A stretch of DNA of 63,720 nt, the filler included, from Reticulomyxa filosa (lineage: Eukaryota; Protista; Foraminifera): NCBI GenBank assembly GCA_000512085.1. It is 22 parts of 22 records of this genome, joined end to end, with 100 filler letters (N's around TTAATTAATTAA, not from the genome) between each part and the next. Parts side by side here need not be neighbours in the genome. Positions count along the whole stretch, not along the records: positions 1 to 1,495 come from ASPP01001268.1; positions 1,596 to 2,821 come from ASPP01017482.1; positions 2,922 to 10,713 come from ASPP01006918.1; positions 10,814 to 12,343 come from ASPP01024707.1; 18 more parts are not named here. One strand, 5' to 3'. This document shows, piece after piece, positions 1-12,443 of this stretch (within the stretch, counting starts at the first letter, position 1; each line of letters begins with the position of its first letter). Position numbers and translations under genes: made by a program. The notes under the pieces were generated by a model. The model was not told the origin of the DNA, did not search any database, and saw nothing but the letters and a program-made list of their open reading frames with translations.

Positions 1-400
1 ACAATGATTTACAAAAAAGGACCATTTAATACAACTGAATAAATTTGGAACTAATTCGAAACAGAATGGGAAAAAATGGAAACAAATATTTGTGAAACCT
101 TAATAAAGTCGATTCCAAATTCAGTTAAAAAAGCCAAAGAAGGTATAACACGTTGTAGACTTGAATTAAATTTTAAAAAACAAATCTTATCATAATCAGG
201 CAACTACAAAAAATTTTTTTAAAGTAAATGAAAGATTAAAATTTTTGAAAAATAAAAAACCAAAATGATATCTAAAAACTACACGATTCGTAGATATTTT
301 CTTAAAAAAAATTTTGATTAAATGTTGTTTTTTCATGTAGAAACACAATTATCTCTATAAGGTGGCATTTTATGTGTCAACTTTCTTTTTTATCTTACTG
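1..400 (+). mobile_element. Tc1/mariner 3' remnant: decayed transposase C-terminus plus right TIR
   Basis: The frame from 4 reads MIYKKGPFNTTE*IWN*FETEWEKMETNICETLIKSIPNSVKKAKEGITR, matching the Tc1 C-terminal EW...LI.S.P...AKGG.T pattern. The element ends ...ACTG|TA at 400-402. The reverse complement of ~250-400 aligns with the TIRs at 2626 and 13465. Confidence 0.8.
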
Positions 401-1014
401 TAGAAAAATGAAACATTAAATGGAAGATCTCAAAGTAAAATAAGTCAAATAATAAACACTACACGTTTGTATATTCAATTTAATCGATCATTATTACCAG
501 TTTGTTACCTGTCTCATAAGTGGTACGTACTTTAAAAAACAAATAAAATAGAAAAACTATTAAATAAGTGATTGAATTAAAACGCAAAAATAGTTTTAAT
601 TCAAACAATCGCCACGAGCTTTTGCTTTCAACACAAGGCCCTTTTTAAAGAGCAACAGTTAGTAAGTAAACACAAATTATTTATATATTTTTCACAAATG
701 GGCTGTCTTGATTTCACGTATGATAAATAAGCGTGATCTATTTGGCGATTAAATTAACAAAAAACTTTTGAAAACGCTAAAATAAGTTGCTGGTATATTG
801 ACGACAAAAAGTAGTTAAATCCTGGCATATTTTGCGGCAAGTTGTTGCTACAATAAAAAAAAATTTAAAATTGAACAAAGTTATGTTGACAGCTCAGAAG
901 AAAAATAACAATACTCCCTTTTCCTCCTCAATCAAGCACAATACATTACTATTGTTTTTGTATTCACCTCCTCTGCAAGTTAGTATTTTTTTTTGCAAAA
1001 GGACTTTATAAATC

Positions 1015-1495
1015 ATGAAAAGCATGACAAATGATCCGGATTCACCGTCGCAAAGACCAGCCAGTCCACAAACAAACGAGCATGTGGAAGACTTGGTTAA
1101 AAACAGTGATCAAAAATCGTCTGTGGGTGACATGACGCGACCAGAGAACACGGAGAAAAGTCATCATTCTTCGGAGCACTCGAACGAAGAAAGCAAAAGT
1201 AACGCGGCATTTTTGGACAATAAAAGAACGACAAAGCATCATGTAACACATAACCGAGCAAATTTTTTTAAAAAATGCACAATATTCGTTTCACGCTAAG
1301 AAAAAGAAGTTCATATATGTACTTATACATATATGTATATGTATATAAATATAAAATTGTTTGTAGAAAGATCCTTCAATATCCAGTGATATGCCAAATA
1401 TGATTGAAACTCGGGAAAGAGTAGGATCAAATGATGAGCAAGAGCCATTGACAGAGAGAATACCAAAGCGAATATCGTTTAGTGAGTCCGAAATG
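1015..1495 (+). CDS. Hypothetical protein, 5' part (disordered N-terminus, probable intron ~1242-1366, truncated by contig end)
   Basis: ATG ORF rich in Ser/Glu/His. GT at ~1242, a (TA)n intron body and TTTGTAG at 1366, followed by coding-like sequence. Confidence 0.5.
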
Positions 1496-1595
1496 NNNNN
1501 NNNNNNNNNNNNNNNNNNNNNNNNNNNNNNNNNNNNNNNTTAATTAATTAANNNNNNNNNNNNNNNNNNNNNNNNNNNNNNNNNNNNNNNNNNNN
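1496..1595. other. Artificial contig-joining spacer (first of 21)
   Basis: N44-TTAATTAATTAA-N44, with stops in all six frames. It recurs starting at 2822, 10714, 12344, 13854, 17040, 18528, 21476, 23878, 26029, 28077, 30758, 40073, 42238, 44208, 47008, 48308, 51493, 54400, 60397 and 61855. Confidence 0.99.
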
Positions 1596-1686
1596 TTTTT
1601 TTTTTTTTTTTGACATTAATAAAAAATGCGAATAACTAATTGTGCACACTACTTTTTTTTTTAAGCATTGAATTAAAAAAAAGTAC

Positions 1687-2317
1687 CTAAGTATCCCATG
1701 GTATAAAAGCCTTCACGAAACATTGTTGATGGCAAACCACGATACACTCGAAGAGCCCCATATTCGGACCGAATTTTGGAGAATGTGTGTACCACAGAAC
1801 TTTGCATTTTTTGTTGCTGAATCACCATCAAATCCACAGGTCCATAAATGAACGCACTTAAAGCGCCTAAAATCCAATTGATTTTTGTTTTTTATTTTTT
1901 TTTCGTTTTTTTTAAATTTGCAATATAGTGCAAAAAAAAATTGAAAACCAATGAGGCCTTAGTTCTTATTGTTTCATAGTAAAGATCACCTGCCCCTCCG
2001 CTGCAAAGCATTGTTTCTGTGTCGCTCATTTTTCTGTGAGTTCCCAATGTAATTATTCCTTGAAGGACACTGTTAAAAAAGGTTTGACAGGCGGTAATTG
2101 GAGATAATGACCCGGCATTGATAAATACACCTCGATACCACTCGCGAAGGACTTTTGGGTAGGGTCTTCCTTCTTGTACACAAATCTTCCAGGTAATTAA
2201 AGGCATTTGAAGTGACGTTTCTAACGTGCCTCCAATACCTCCAACCAATAGAGACTCAAAATCATTCAAACGAGGTCGGGTTGCTACGGGCTTGTCTGAG
2301 TGATCATTACTTGCCAT
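1687..2317 (-). CDS. Mitochondrial carrier (SLC25) family protein, partial; exons 2317-1990 and 1866-1687
   Basis: GGIGGTLETSLQMPLITWK, WYRG, GAGALSAFIYGPVDLMVIQQQ and YRGLPSTMFREG carrier repeats; the GT-AG intron keeps the frame. Confidence 0.88.
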
Positions 2318-2625
2318 CCTTATATACCTCACAGAAACAAATTATTTACGGGCTATCTTTCCACAAACTTTTGCGTGGAACTGAACGCAAACTCGTCCGG
2401 TAACAGTTTTAAACATCAAAAATCGCCTTCAATTAAATTACTTTACTTCAAGCAGAACTATCTGACACTTAAACATACATAAGATACTGTTAGCGATTTT
2501 TTAAAGTTTTTTAATTACTTTGAAAAAACAAAGTCTGTTTCTATCATTAGAAAGATTTCAATGTTAGTGGACAAAGTCGAAATGTAGACAAAAGCATAAA
2601 AAAAAGGACTTATTCACTCAAACTA

Positions 2626-2821
2626 CAGTATGTTGCAAAGAAAACTGAAAGCATAAAACATATCTTATGATGATAATTGATTTTCTCAATGAAAAATCAA
2701 CATTTAGACCTATTTTTTTAAAAAAAAATATCTACAAGTCTTGTAGTTTTTAAATATGATATTGATTTTTTAATAACTTTTTTTTTTGTTGGATGAAATC
2801 AAAATTCTTTCAAATGATTTT
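2626..2821 (+). mobile_element. Tc1-family terminal inverted repeat, element truncated by contig end
   Basis: TA|CAGTATGTTGCAAAGAAAACTGAA...; ~140 bp similar to the TIR upstream of the transposase at 13465. Confidence 0.85.
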
Positions 2822-2944
2822 NNNNNNNNNNNNNNNNNNNNNNNNNNNNNNNNNNNNNNNNNNNNTTAATTAATTAANNNNNNNNNNNNNNNNNNNNNNN
2901 NNNNNNNNNNNNNNNNNNNNNTTTTTTTTTTGCAAGTGTGACAG

Positions 2945-4595
2945 ACTTATTTCAGGAGCAACATACTTGGAAAAAAACACAAAACTCAGATTTGTCACTG
3001 TTTTTGTACAGCCGGACATTTTAGACATAAAGTTTACATGTTTAATGTTCTGTATACTGGTGAAAGTTTGTGTTTCAATTTTAACCAAAACGAATTAAAA
3101 AGCAAAATTGCTTTGAATGATCAAGATAATTATTTGCTCGACGAAAACAGCCAGCGTTGGTCTCAAATAAAAAAAGTACTGTCAAGTTCTCGACAAATAT
3201 CGGACATAGATGGTTTGATTGTGCTGCTACAAGAACTTCCAATTAAACAAAAACCAAAAACAATGTCAACTGTTTGTTCGTTATTACAAAAACAACAAGC
3301 TCTTAGGAAAAAGTTCTTTGCTGTCATATTGCCCTATATAATTCAGAGCGTGTTAAACACTCCAAAAATTTTTTCTAAACCCTTACCATTGTTTCAGCCA
3401 CAAAAATCAATAGCAATACATTTATCTCCAACGCAATGTGCATGTTTGTTGTCAATTTCATTTTTATGTCTACATTGCCGAGACAATCCTTGCACCACAG
3501 ATCCAGTATCACAACAAGCTGAAGCTACGTTTAATGACGTAAATTTTGGCGGTGAGAGAGGTTTTCCAGGAATTTTTGAGATAAACAATGCCTCTTGTCA
3601 AGCCAAACTGTGTATGATTTTGCAATATTTTGAAGCCATTGCCGAGGAGAAGCACAATCCAGTTTATTATTTCATTCGTTTATTATGCAAAAAAAAAATT
3701 AAACAATAAATATGTTTGCCTCTTTTTAACTTAATTAATGAAAAAAAATTGACTTGTATAGAACAGAAGTATAACGATAAGTCGAAAAGTAAGGCGAAAA
3801 GACGAACTGTGGACCGAACAGACCTTGTCATCCTGTTGCGTGCCTATGTCAGGAGTAAAGTGGTCGATGCATGAAAGCGGAAAGATGGAAGACCATTTAA
3901 TTACGTCGACCATGCGAAACGAAGAAAAGAAAGAGGCAAAAGAAACAGAGCTGGAACACTATATTGTTGATTTTGCTAATGCTTTTATCGGTGGTGGGGT
4001 TTTATACGGTGGGAATTGTCAAGAGGAAATTTTGTTTTGCATTTATCCAGAGTGTCTTGTTGCATTATTGTTATGTGCAAAATTGGAGGAAAATGAAGTC
4101 ATTGTGATCGAAAACGTGGAAAGATTTAGTAATTATCTTGGCTATGGAGACACTTTGCAATACAAAGAACTCGAAATCAAATCAAAATCGGCCATTGTAT
4201 CGAATATTGTGTGTATGGATGCTATGGTTTGTTTTGGAGAAAATGGGAATTTTATCAATCAATTCGAAAGCAAGCGCATGTTACGTGAACTCAACAAAGC
4301 AGGAGTTGGTTTTTATCTTGATGGTTCCAAGCACATCATTGTAACCGGGAATTGGGGTTGTGGTGCATTTGGCGGAAATGTTCAGCTTAAAGCATTATTA
4401 CAACTAATGACGGCAGCGATTAATGGAACCACCATCGAATATTACTCGCTTGCGAATGCCAAAGTTGCCAAGCTGAAAAATGTCATGGAAAAGTTTGTCG
4501 AGAATAAATATTGTGTGTGTGATGTGTGGAAAATTTTGTGTAACTATGACAATCAGTCAGAAGCTGATCTATTTGACTTTATTTTAAAAGCGTGA
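2945..4595 (+). CDS. PARG: Poly(ADP-ribose) glycohydrolase; exons ~2945-3661 and 3762-4595, probably 5'-partial
   Basis: Catalytic signature VDFANAFIGGGVLYGGNCQEEILFCIYPE (GGG-x6-QEE), RELNKA and TGNWGCGAFGG. The intron at 3662-3761 restores the frame. Confidence 0.95.
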
Positions 4596-4753
4596 ACTTG
4601 TTTTTTGTTTTTCAAAATATTTAAAAATCAAATGCAAAAATTCCGAACGAGCATATGTCACAAACTTTACAAATCAATAACCTATGAACTGAAAAAACAG
4701 ATATCTTTAATTTTGCTTCAGTGCTTATTTCCTCTCTATCCCTCTGTGAAAAA

Positions 4754-7122
4754 TTAGTGTCGGAGGTTTTGAAATGAGCTGTTAGCAGCTTGATCCGTTT
4801 TTTGACAGTAGCGAATATATTCAACGTTGTTTTGAAAGCGAAAGAAAGCATGTCGCAACAATGTGATCATCTCAGACAACGAGGGATCGAATAAAAGGAA
4901 TAAAGCTTCGGGAGTGATGACAGGAGTGATACTTTCAGCATAACTTTCAGTTTTGTCTTCGAAAGAGCCAATGGTAGTTCTCAAAGAAAGTGACGAAAGC
5001 ACCGATTGTCCAAAGCTTCGATGGCGAACGTATTTATTGCTCATCCAAAGACGCTTATTTTCTATCAGGCCGATTAATTTTGTTCTCTCTTTTCCAGCTT
5101 TGTGAATGTTTTTCGATTTGTTATTGCACCCAACAAAAAATAAAATTGAAGATATTAATCTTAGGCCAAAGAAAATATAACAATTTTTTTTTTTTTTTAG
5201 GAAGGTATACGTTGCAACTTACCAATATTTATTTCATACTCGCTTCCAACAGCAATGTATCTTTGAAACAAATGGAAGGCAGCAACCTTACAATACAAGA
5301 ATGGCTTGTCGATTACCGACAAATTGGGATGCACGACGGAGTTTTCGGACGTGAGTGATAAGAACATATTGACGTCATCGTCAATAAATTCTTTGTCATA
5401 TAGCAACATGGATTGCGGCAAAGTATCGGGTAGTTGAAGGTTATTGCGAGACAAGCAGCTTTCGCTTGCTTTTAAAAATGGGAATACTTTCAACATGTAC
5501 TGTTGAAATTGAGCCATTTCGATCAATGACAGCATTATTTCTTTTTTTTTTATTTTATTTTTTAATACAAAAACAAAGTTATATTGCACATAAGAGTCTA
5601 TTTCACGGTGTTTAGCGAAGGAGCTTTCCAAAAAAAAAAAAAAAAAAAAGCACTTACCCATACAAAATTCTTTATTTAAATGTTTCATAAATAGTTCGAT
5701 GCCATTTTCATCACGCAGAAGCTGTTCAAAGGAGATAAGTGGGAAGGGCGAGGCATTTTTGGACGAATTTGTATCGATATGTTGATGAAAGGGTGCCATC
5801 AGCGAAGGAAATAAGGGAGGGATGACAAGCACAGACAAACAGGGACAATGAGGAGACGAAGACGCAGAAGCTTCAGCTATTGGCTCACTATTATCGTAAG
5901 GCTGCGTCAGCGATTTAAGCTTATTTTGCATCTTGTGCAGCACCCATCTGCTTTTGATAAAAATAAGCCCCCCTTCCATGAAAAAATATACCCATGCGAT
6001 GCATATGTTTTTGGCAAATTGCACTTTGGGACCGAACGATATCTCCAACACACAATACATTGCAAGGGCTGTTCCAATTATCGACATCGACCACCGTATT
6101 TCCCCACGGAAAAATATCATATCCTCAAACACGGGCAACTTCATCACGAATAAAGCCAGGGTTATGCAAAACACTATCTCCACACCCAAACATCATTTAC
6201 CTTATCTTTGCATACGCACCATCGCATTTGGTACAAGGAATGCACATATTACATGCGTGTATGTATCTTAATGTGCGTATGTTTTTTTATATATACGTAC
6301 AATATGCATAGTGTGACATATGCGGAGTTGTTTGTGCCTGTTTTCACATAACTCGACGCGATGAAACATTCCATTCCCACGTTTGTCCAATAGCGTGCAG
6401 TAGAGGTCCATTCTAAGCTTTTTTTTTTTTTAAATGTCCCCCCCCCTTTCCCTCTTTTTCAAGTATTGATTGTTTTTTTTTTTAGAAACAGCCTGTTTGT
6501 ACTTGACCAAAATGGGAGCACCGACACGAAGGACAGAACAAAATGTAATGACAATGATGGCTGGTATTCGAAGCCAATGACTATTTCCCCATGTTTTGTG
6601 ATAGTTTACGAAAAAAGATGAATTGATGTAATATTGCACTGGGTCGATGATCGATTTCCAGTTTGTGTCGAAACTGTACTTCGCGTAACAAATTCCGAAA
6701 TAGCCTAACCATATACGATATAAACCCAGTCCATAACACACGGTTGTGCAGATGGAATACAGCTCTGTTGAAAATATATTCAAAAAATCTCTAATGGCTC
6801 TTTTTCTTTGTGATACTTCAGTGTCAATCGCTAACAACGTCCACAGCAAAAAAATTGTTTGCTGAACTACTACAAGTATTAACAACAATATCATCATTGC
6901 CAGGGTCACATCACCGTATCTCTTTTGGTACCACAGTCTAGTTTGTGTTTGAAAAAAAACATAACAAAACGTTAGTTCGTTTGTAAATCAAGTATACACA
7001 CGAAATTTTAACTCTCGTTTGTGAAGAGAGAATATATAAATCCAATGCACAGCAAACAACCCAAAAATGCAAAAAATCCCAATGGAACACAACGTCCATC
7101 CCCATTGTGTTGGAGAGCCCAT
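4754..7122 (-). CDS. Multi-pass (7TM-like) membrane protein fused to a C-terminal RGS domain, multi-exon
   Basis: Starts MGSPTQWGWTLCSIGIFCIFGLFAVHWIYIFSLHKRE|LWYQKRYGD with several hydrophobic helices. The RGS box reads FEQLLRDENGIELFMKHLNKEFCME..., AAFHLFQRYIAVGSEYEINI and LFDPSLSEMITLLRHAFFRF. Splicing at 6190-6490 is unresolved. Confidence 0.82.
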
Positions 7123-7747
7123 TTTCAGAGTTTTTGGCCCTCTTTTTTTTTTGCAGTGTAGAAGTTACGATGAAAACAAATCTGGTTTCACTGTATCGCA
7201 ACTGAAAGTATTGACGATTTTAAACAAATTTGCTTTAATAAAAAAAATTCTTGGCATTGCTTTTCGAATATTTACATAAAATGATAAAGATATAATTAAA
7301 AAAGTTTCAACTCGCGGTATTGTTAAAAGATTAAAATGAAATGTTTTCTTTTGATGAGAAAAGCCAGTCAATTTAACAGTAATCATTAAATTTCTCAAAA
7401 TAATAGTTGGCAAAGAAAAAGCAGGTGTACCAAATTTAGAAGCAAAAAATTAAATAAATGGTTTCAATAATGGCCATTCTAAATGATACGGAAAGTGGTA
7501 GAAATTAAAACAAAAAATAGAAATGTCATTAAAAAAAAGTAAATCAGAATCTTTTTTTAAGGAAACTCTTTCAACTTGAAAGTTACACAATTGCATTACT
7601 TTTAGTAAAAATGGATTTATTTCAGTCGATTTATTTGTGCAGAAAGACAAGATAAATTAAATTACTAAGGGAAAAAAAGTGCAAACTACTATTTATGTGA
7701 AAGTTGTCCATTTTTTTCTTAGCAAAAAAAAAGCACGTGCAAAAACG

Positions 7748-8659
7748 TTATAATTCCTTTTGATCCACGGCCCCATAATTCATTTGTAAATAAAACACAA
7801 AAATTTGGCTGGCCCAAGGGACGATATCTTTCATAAGGACAGTAGCGAGAGCAACATGCAAAATTCTCAATTCGATTCCACGAAATGCTCTTGAAAAATC
7901 CTTTATCATCAACCCAAACAATTCAGACACAGATCGATCAATGGCATTTGCATCTTGTATCTGAGACACTAAAGAGTCCAAGAATGCGGTAACAATGGCA
8001 GACAGAGTCCCACCAAGTAATCCACAAATCCACACATACTCACTATTTTTTCGAATGTTCTCAACCACAAAATATTCACTCATTAAGTCAAATAGTATCT
8101 CCACGAACCAATAACGTGTTGCCCAGTCTAACACTCGCTTCAATGAAAAAATGTGTATGCCTTTGCACAACCCGAACACACCATCTTTTTTATATATTTC
8201 ACTTCCTATCTTTATGCTTGCCATCATGGATTCGAACATGCCTCCTTTCACATTTCGGAACTCGTCGTGTGTCACTACTCTTGTTTTCAATAGCAGCAAT
8301 GGTGACCATATCATTCCTTGGAGTAATCCACCAAACGAACTTGCAATTACTTTAGTTTGCGTTTCGGACAGTGCAAATACTGCTTTCACACTTTCACTTT
8401 TTAAAAATTCGTATGCTTTTGCTTCTCCGAATGAAAATGCTCCTCCTTTGCATGACGCTATTAGGAGGCCCCAGGGCATAAATCCATCCCAAAGTCTTAC
8501 AAGTCCATTTTTTGTCAGGTAATAATAAATTTCGGTATAACTTCTGTCCGTTGCCTGCTTTTGAATTTTTAAGATCTCTAAGACATGTCCAATAGAAAAT
8601 TCAAAAATTACAGTGCAGATTAATCCAATCACACCAAGAGTGGCGGCATCAACAGCCAT
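7748..8659 (-). CDS. Mitochondrial carrier, Yhm2-like (citrate/oxoglutarate) subfamily, intronless
   Basis: GHVLEILK, WDGFMPWGLLIASCKGGAF (Yhm2 has YQGLIPWAWIEASTKGAV) and SPLLLLKTRV; ~303 aa with three repeats. Confidence 0.85.
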   Translation of the reverse strand: MAVDAATLGVIGLICTVIFEFSIGHVLEILKIQKQATDRSYTEIYYYLTKNGLVRLWDGFMPWGLLIASCKGGAFSFGEAKAYEFLKSESVKAVFALSETQTKVIASSFGGLLQGMIWSPLLLLKTRVVTHDEFRNVKGGMFESMMASIKIGSEIYKKDGVFGLCKGIHIFSLKRVLDWATRYWFVEILFDLMSEYFVVENIRKNSEYVWICGLLGGTLSAIVTAFLDSLVSQIQDANAIDRSVSELFGLMIKDFSRAFRGIELRILHVALATVLMKDIVPWASQIFVFYLQMNYGAVDQKEL

Positions 8660-9222
8660 TATCAATTAATGAAGCGATCGATTTTTTTGTGTGGTTGCCC
8701 CTTTGACTGTGAGACGACCAATGGCAATGTAAAAAATATCTACTGACGCTACTGATTTGAATTTCTTATCAAGACAAGGTAGCAATTTTTTGAAAAAGTG
8801 GTAGTACATATTTAATGCCTATTCTCAGCGAAAAAGAAAGAAAAAGTACATCAGGTCTTTTAATTTCAAATGTAAGTAACGTATCACTGTCGGATCGTTA
8901 TAAAGTATAGTATTGCATTGCTGTATATGGATGTTTTTTTTGAGCCACATTAAACACCTACGTCAAAAGTTTTGGTGTCACATGACCAAAAAGAATATTT
9001 TCGAAAAAATTAAAATTCCTTGAAAAAAAAAGTCTTTATGATTTTAGTTTGCCAATCCAATCAATTACATTCACAATTAAGACAAGTTTGTATCCGCTCA
9101 ACATCGAACGGTGAAAATGTAAACAACACATCAACAGAATAATTTAAGAGAAAATAAAGGATGTGCAAATGTGGTAGACTCACATAAGGTAATGTTTTCT
9201 TGTCCGCGTGATTACATTTTTT

Positions 9223-10030
9223 CTAGGATTGAGAAGCGCATATGCTTGCAATTACACCAAGGATTCCTCCAATCAATACCAAGATCCATGACCTTTAAAA
9301 AATAATCAAATAATTTTACGACCCATAAAACATCGAGTTTTTTTCCTTTTGATGAGGAAGCAAAAAAGAAGAGAAAAAGAGAGAAACTCGGCATATTTCA
9401 CTTCACATCCAGCAGAGCTATAGTCATCGCAATAGGATTTGCACTTATCGTTGGCGCCCCAAGTGCCAACGGCTGCAAAGCACAAAATACTAAAAAACAG
9501 TATTCCGCCTGCACCATGCAAATGCGAACGCTGAAACAGGTGTCGGATCAAAGAAAACCAACCAAAAATACCAAAAATAAGAGCAAGGATTACACAAGCG
9601 AGCCAACCCTGGCCAACTTTTTTTTGGTCGCAAGCGGTGCTCGAACCATCATCACAAGCAGTTTTGTACGTAATCGGGAAAGCGCTGTCAAGTGCGCTAG
9701 AACTCGGGTCATGCATTTCTTTCCAGCCACAATACTAAAATCAATCGTATATTTTTTTACAATCACCTTTTGCTCATGAAAAAATTGTTCTTTACTTAAC
9801 ATAAGAATAAGACCAAGAAATTTTAGTGATTTTGTCCAGGGCAGCTCCAACAATTACAAATGCATAAGCCACAGCGTACTTTTGTATTTATTTCAGCTCA
9901 TTTTTTTTTGAGTCGTACAAACAAAAAAACATGGTCTTACCACAAGTAATCCCACATAATAAGATGTCGGTTGCGCTTTAAATTTATAACAGCAAACGCG
10001 TGCGCCTTGATTGCGACTAAAAAGACCCAT
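9223..10030 (-). CDS. Claudin/PMP22-like four-TM protein, 4 exons
   Basis: Spliced product MGLFSRNQGARVCCYKFKAQPTSYYVGLLV|YAVAYAFVIVGAALDKITKISWSYSY|YCGWKEMHD...TACDDGSSTACDQKKVGQGWLACVILALIFG...AE|SWILVLIGGILGVIASICASQS*. Four hydrophobic helices, with a GW...C-x7-C first loop. Confidence 0.65.
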
Positions 10031-10813
10031 ATTAACAGAACGGTGAAATAAAACCGATTCTTGAACTTCTAAACTGTCCTACCGGCTGTTTTGTGTCACA
10101 TCCGGCGTTTCGTAGAATATGATATTATAAAGTAGCAAAAATGAAACGGTTTTATTTTAATTTTTTTTCAAATTGAAGTACTCACAATTAAAGTTTTTAT
10201 GCTTAATTTGTAATTGTTTGTTATATTTTGTAACTAAGCGTGCTCACGTTAAGTTGTAATAAGTATCAAAATTTCTAAAATCGAATATATGAACAACATT
10301 TGCAAATTTTTTAAATAAATCTTAATTAATGTCTTTTTAATTGAGAAAATCGATTGTATATAATGTCAAAAAAAAACACTGTATTTTCGTTATCTTCAAT
10401 AATAACAAAAACTAGTTTCCTTATTGTAGAAATTCAGCTGCAAATCAACATTCAAGTGAATATCTTCAAAATAAATATTTGTTTTCGATTATAACTTAAA
10501 TCGTTAGTGATTCTAACAAAGAATTTTCCAAGAACACGTCTAACAATTAGTGTTATTATTTTATCAACAATATAGTTTAGTAATATATTCATTTATTTGA
10601 AAAGTTCTTCATCATTTTTCATAATTGGTTTGAAAAATTCAATGCTTAAAACTATCTTACCAAACAAAAAAAGTTTAAAATGAATTATACTGACTAATAT
10701 TAAAGTATTTAACNNNNNNNNNNNNNNNNNNNNNNNNNNNNNNNNNNNNNNNNNNNNTTAATTAATTAANNNNNNNNNNNNNNNNNNNNNNNNNNNNNNN
10801 NNNNNNNNNNNNN

Positions 10814-11273
<460 letters not shown>

Positions 11274-11657
11274 TTTAACTTTCTGGATATAGAAGCAACA
11301 CAAAATTTGAAAACAGCTTATAGAGAAGTGAGATTAAAAAAGGGGAAAAAGACCTATTTTTTCTTTTGCAGGACAACAGAAACGCTGGCCAGATCAAAAT
11401 ATTAAAAATTAGTTTTCTCGTTATGTAAATTGACACATGCAACACGATAACAGGTTAGGGTAAATTACTGTGTATGGAAAAGCGAACAAGGTATGAACAG
11501 CATTTTTTAGAGTATTTATTTTTGTGGACAAGTAAAAAAAAAACAACTGCTGTATCCTATCCAAGGTTACAGTTGCAACAGTGTAACCAACTTTTTTTGT
11601 TTGGGCTCTTTTTAACAAAAAACTGTGTACTTTAAAAAAAATTAGAATCCCATTCTA

Positions 11658-12343
11658 ATGCAGGACCATCCATTGTTTATTGCCACTCCCCAATCGAAAG
11701 ATACTAATGCGGACAATGAGGTTTTGAGAGAACTCGATGCATGTCACAACAACGAAATACCGTATGTAACAGTGAGAGGGGGGAAAAAGGTACATGTTAG
11801 TGCAGGAGAAAAAAAAGGGGGAGGGGAAGAGGAAAAATAAAATCGATCAAATAAAAAGGAGAGGAAAAAAAAATATACATGAATGCATATACAAAATAAA
11901 AATAAAAAGGGTTAAAGAAGTATTAAAAGCAAAAGAAAAGGCGTCGACTCCAGTGCCAGAAGCAGCGACAAATGAGTCGTGGAACGACAAAAGAACGACG
12001 AAGGAAGCAGGAGAGACGAACGAAGAAAAAGTGGAAGAAACAAAAGAAGGAGGAGTAGGAGTAGAAGTCGGAGTAGAACAGCAAGTGCAGACGGAGATAG
12101 GTCCAGAGCAGCAGCGGAGCGAAACAAAGCCCGGGAATAGTGTGAACATTAGTGACAGCGATGACAACAGCAATAATAATAATGACAATAACAACAGCAA
12201 TAATAATAATGACAATAACAATAGCAATAGCAATAACAATAACAATAACAATAGCAATAATAATAACAATGGCAATAATAATAATAATAATAATAACAAT
12301 AATATTAGCAATAAAATAACATTAGCATTAGCAATAACAATAA
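11658..12343 (+). CDS. Hypothetical low-complexity (Glu-rich, poly-Asn) protein, partial, divergent from SAHH
   Basis: ATG at 11658, probable intron ~11762-11909, then a Glu/Thr-rich exon and an (AAT/AAC)n poly-Asn tract running to the contig end. Confidence 0.55.
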
Positions 12344-12443
12344 NNNNNNNNNNNNNNNNNNNNNNNNNNNNNNNNNNNNNNNNNNNNTTAATTAATTAAN
12401 NNNNNNNNNNNNNNNNNNNNNNNNNNNNNNNNNNNNNNNNNNN

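Noticed and set aside
1540-1551. TTAATTAATTAA palindrome repeated 21 times, superficially a dispersed repeat or array
   Set aside because: Always centred in exactly 44+44 Ns; it is an artificial six-frame-stop linker. ORFs ending in XXX-LIN are artefacts, and adjacency across spacers carries no biological meaning.
2945-10030. PARG + 7TM-RGS + carrier + claudin-like genes as a functional cluster
   Set aside because: Ordinary eukaryotic neighbours with unrelated functions; no evidence of co-regulation.
11847-12311. Poly-Leu 'membrane protein' ORFs (also 43100-43306 and 30101-30421)
   Set aside because: These are antisense or alternative-frame shadows of poly-Asn and (GA)n microsatellites.
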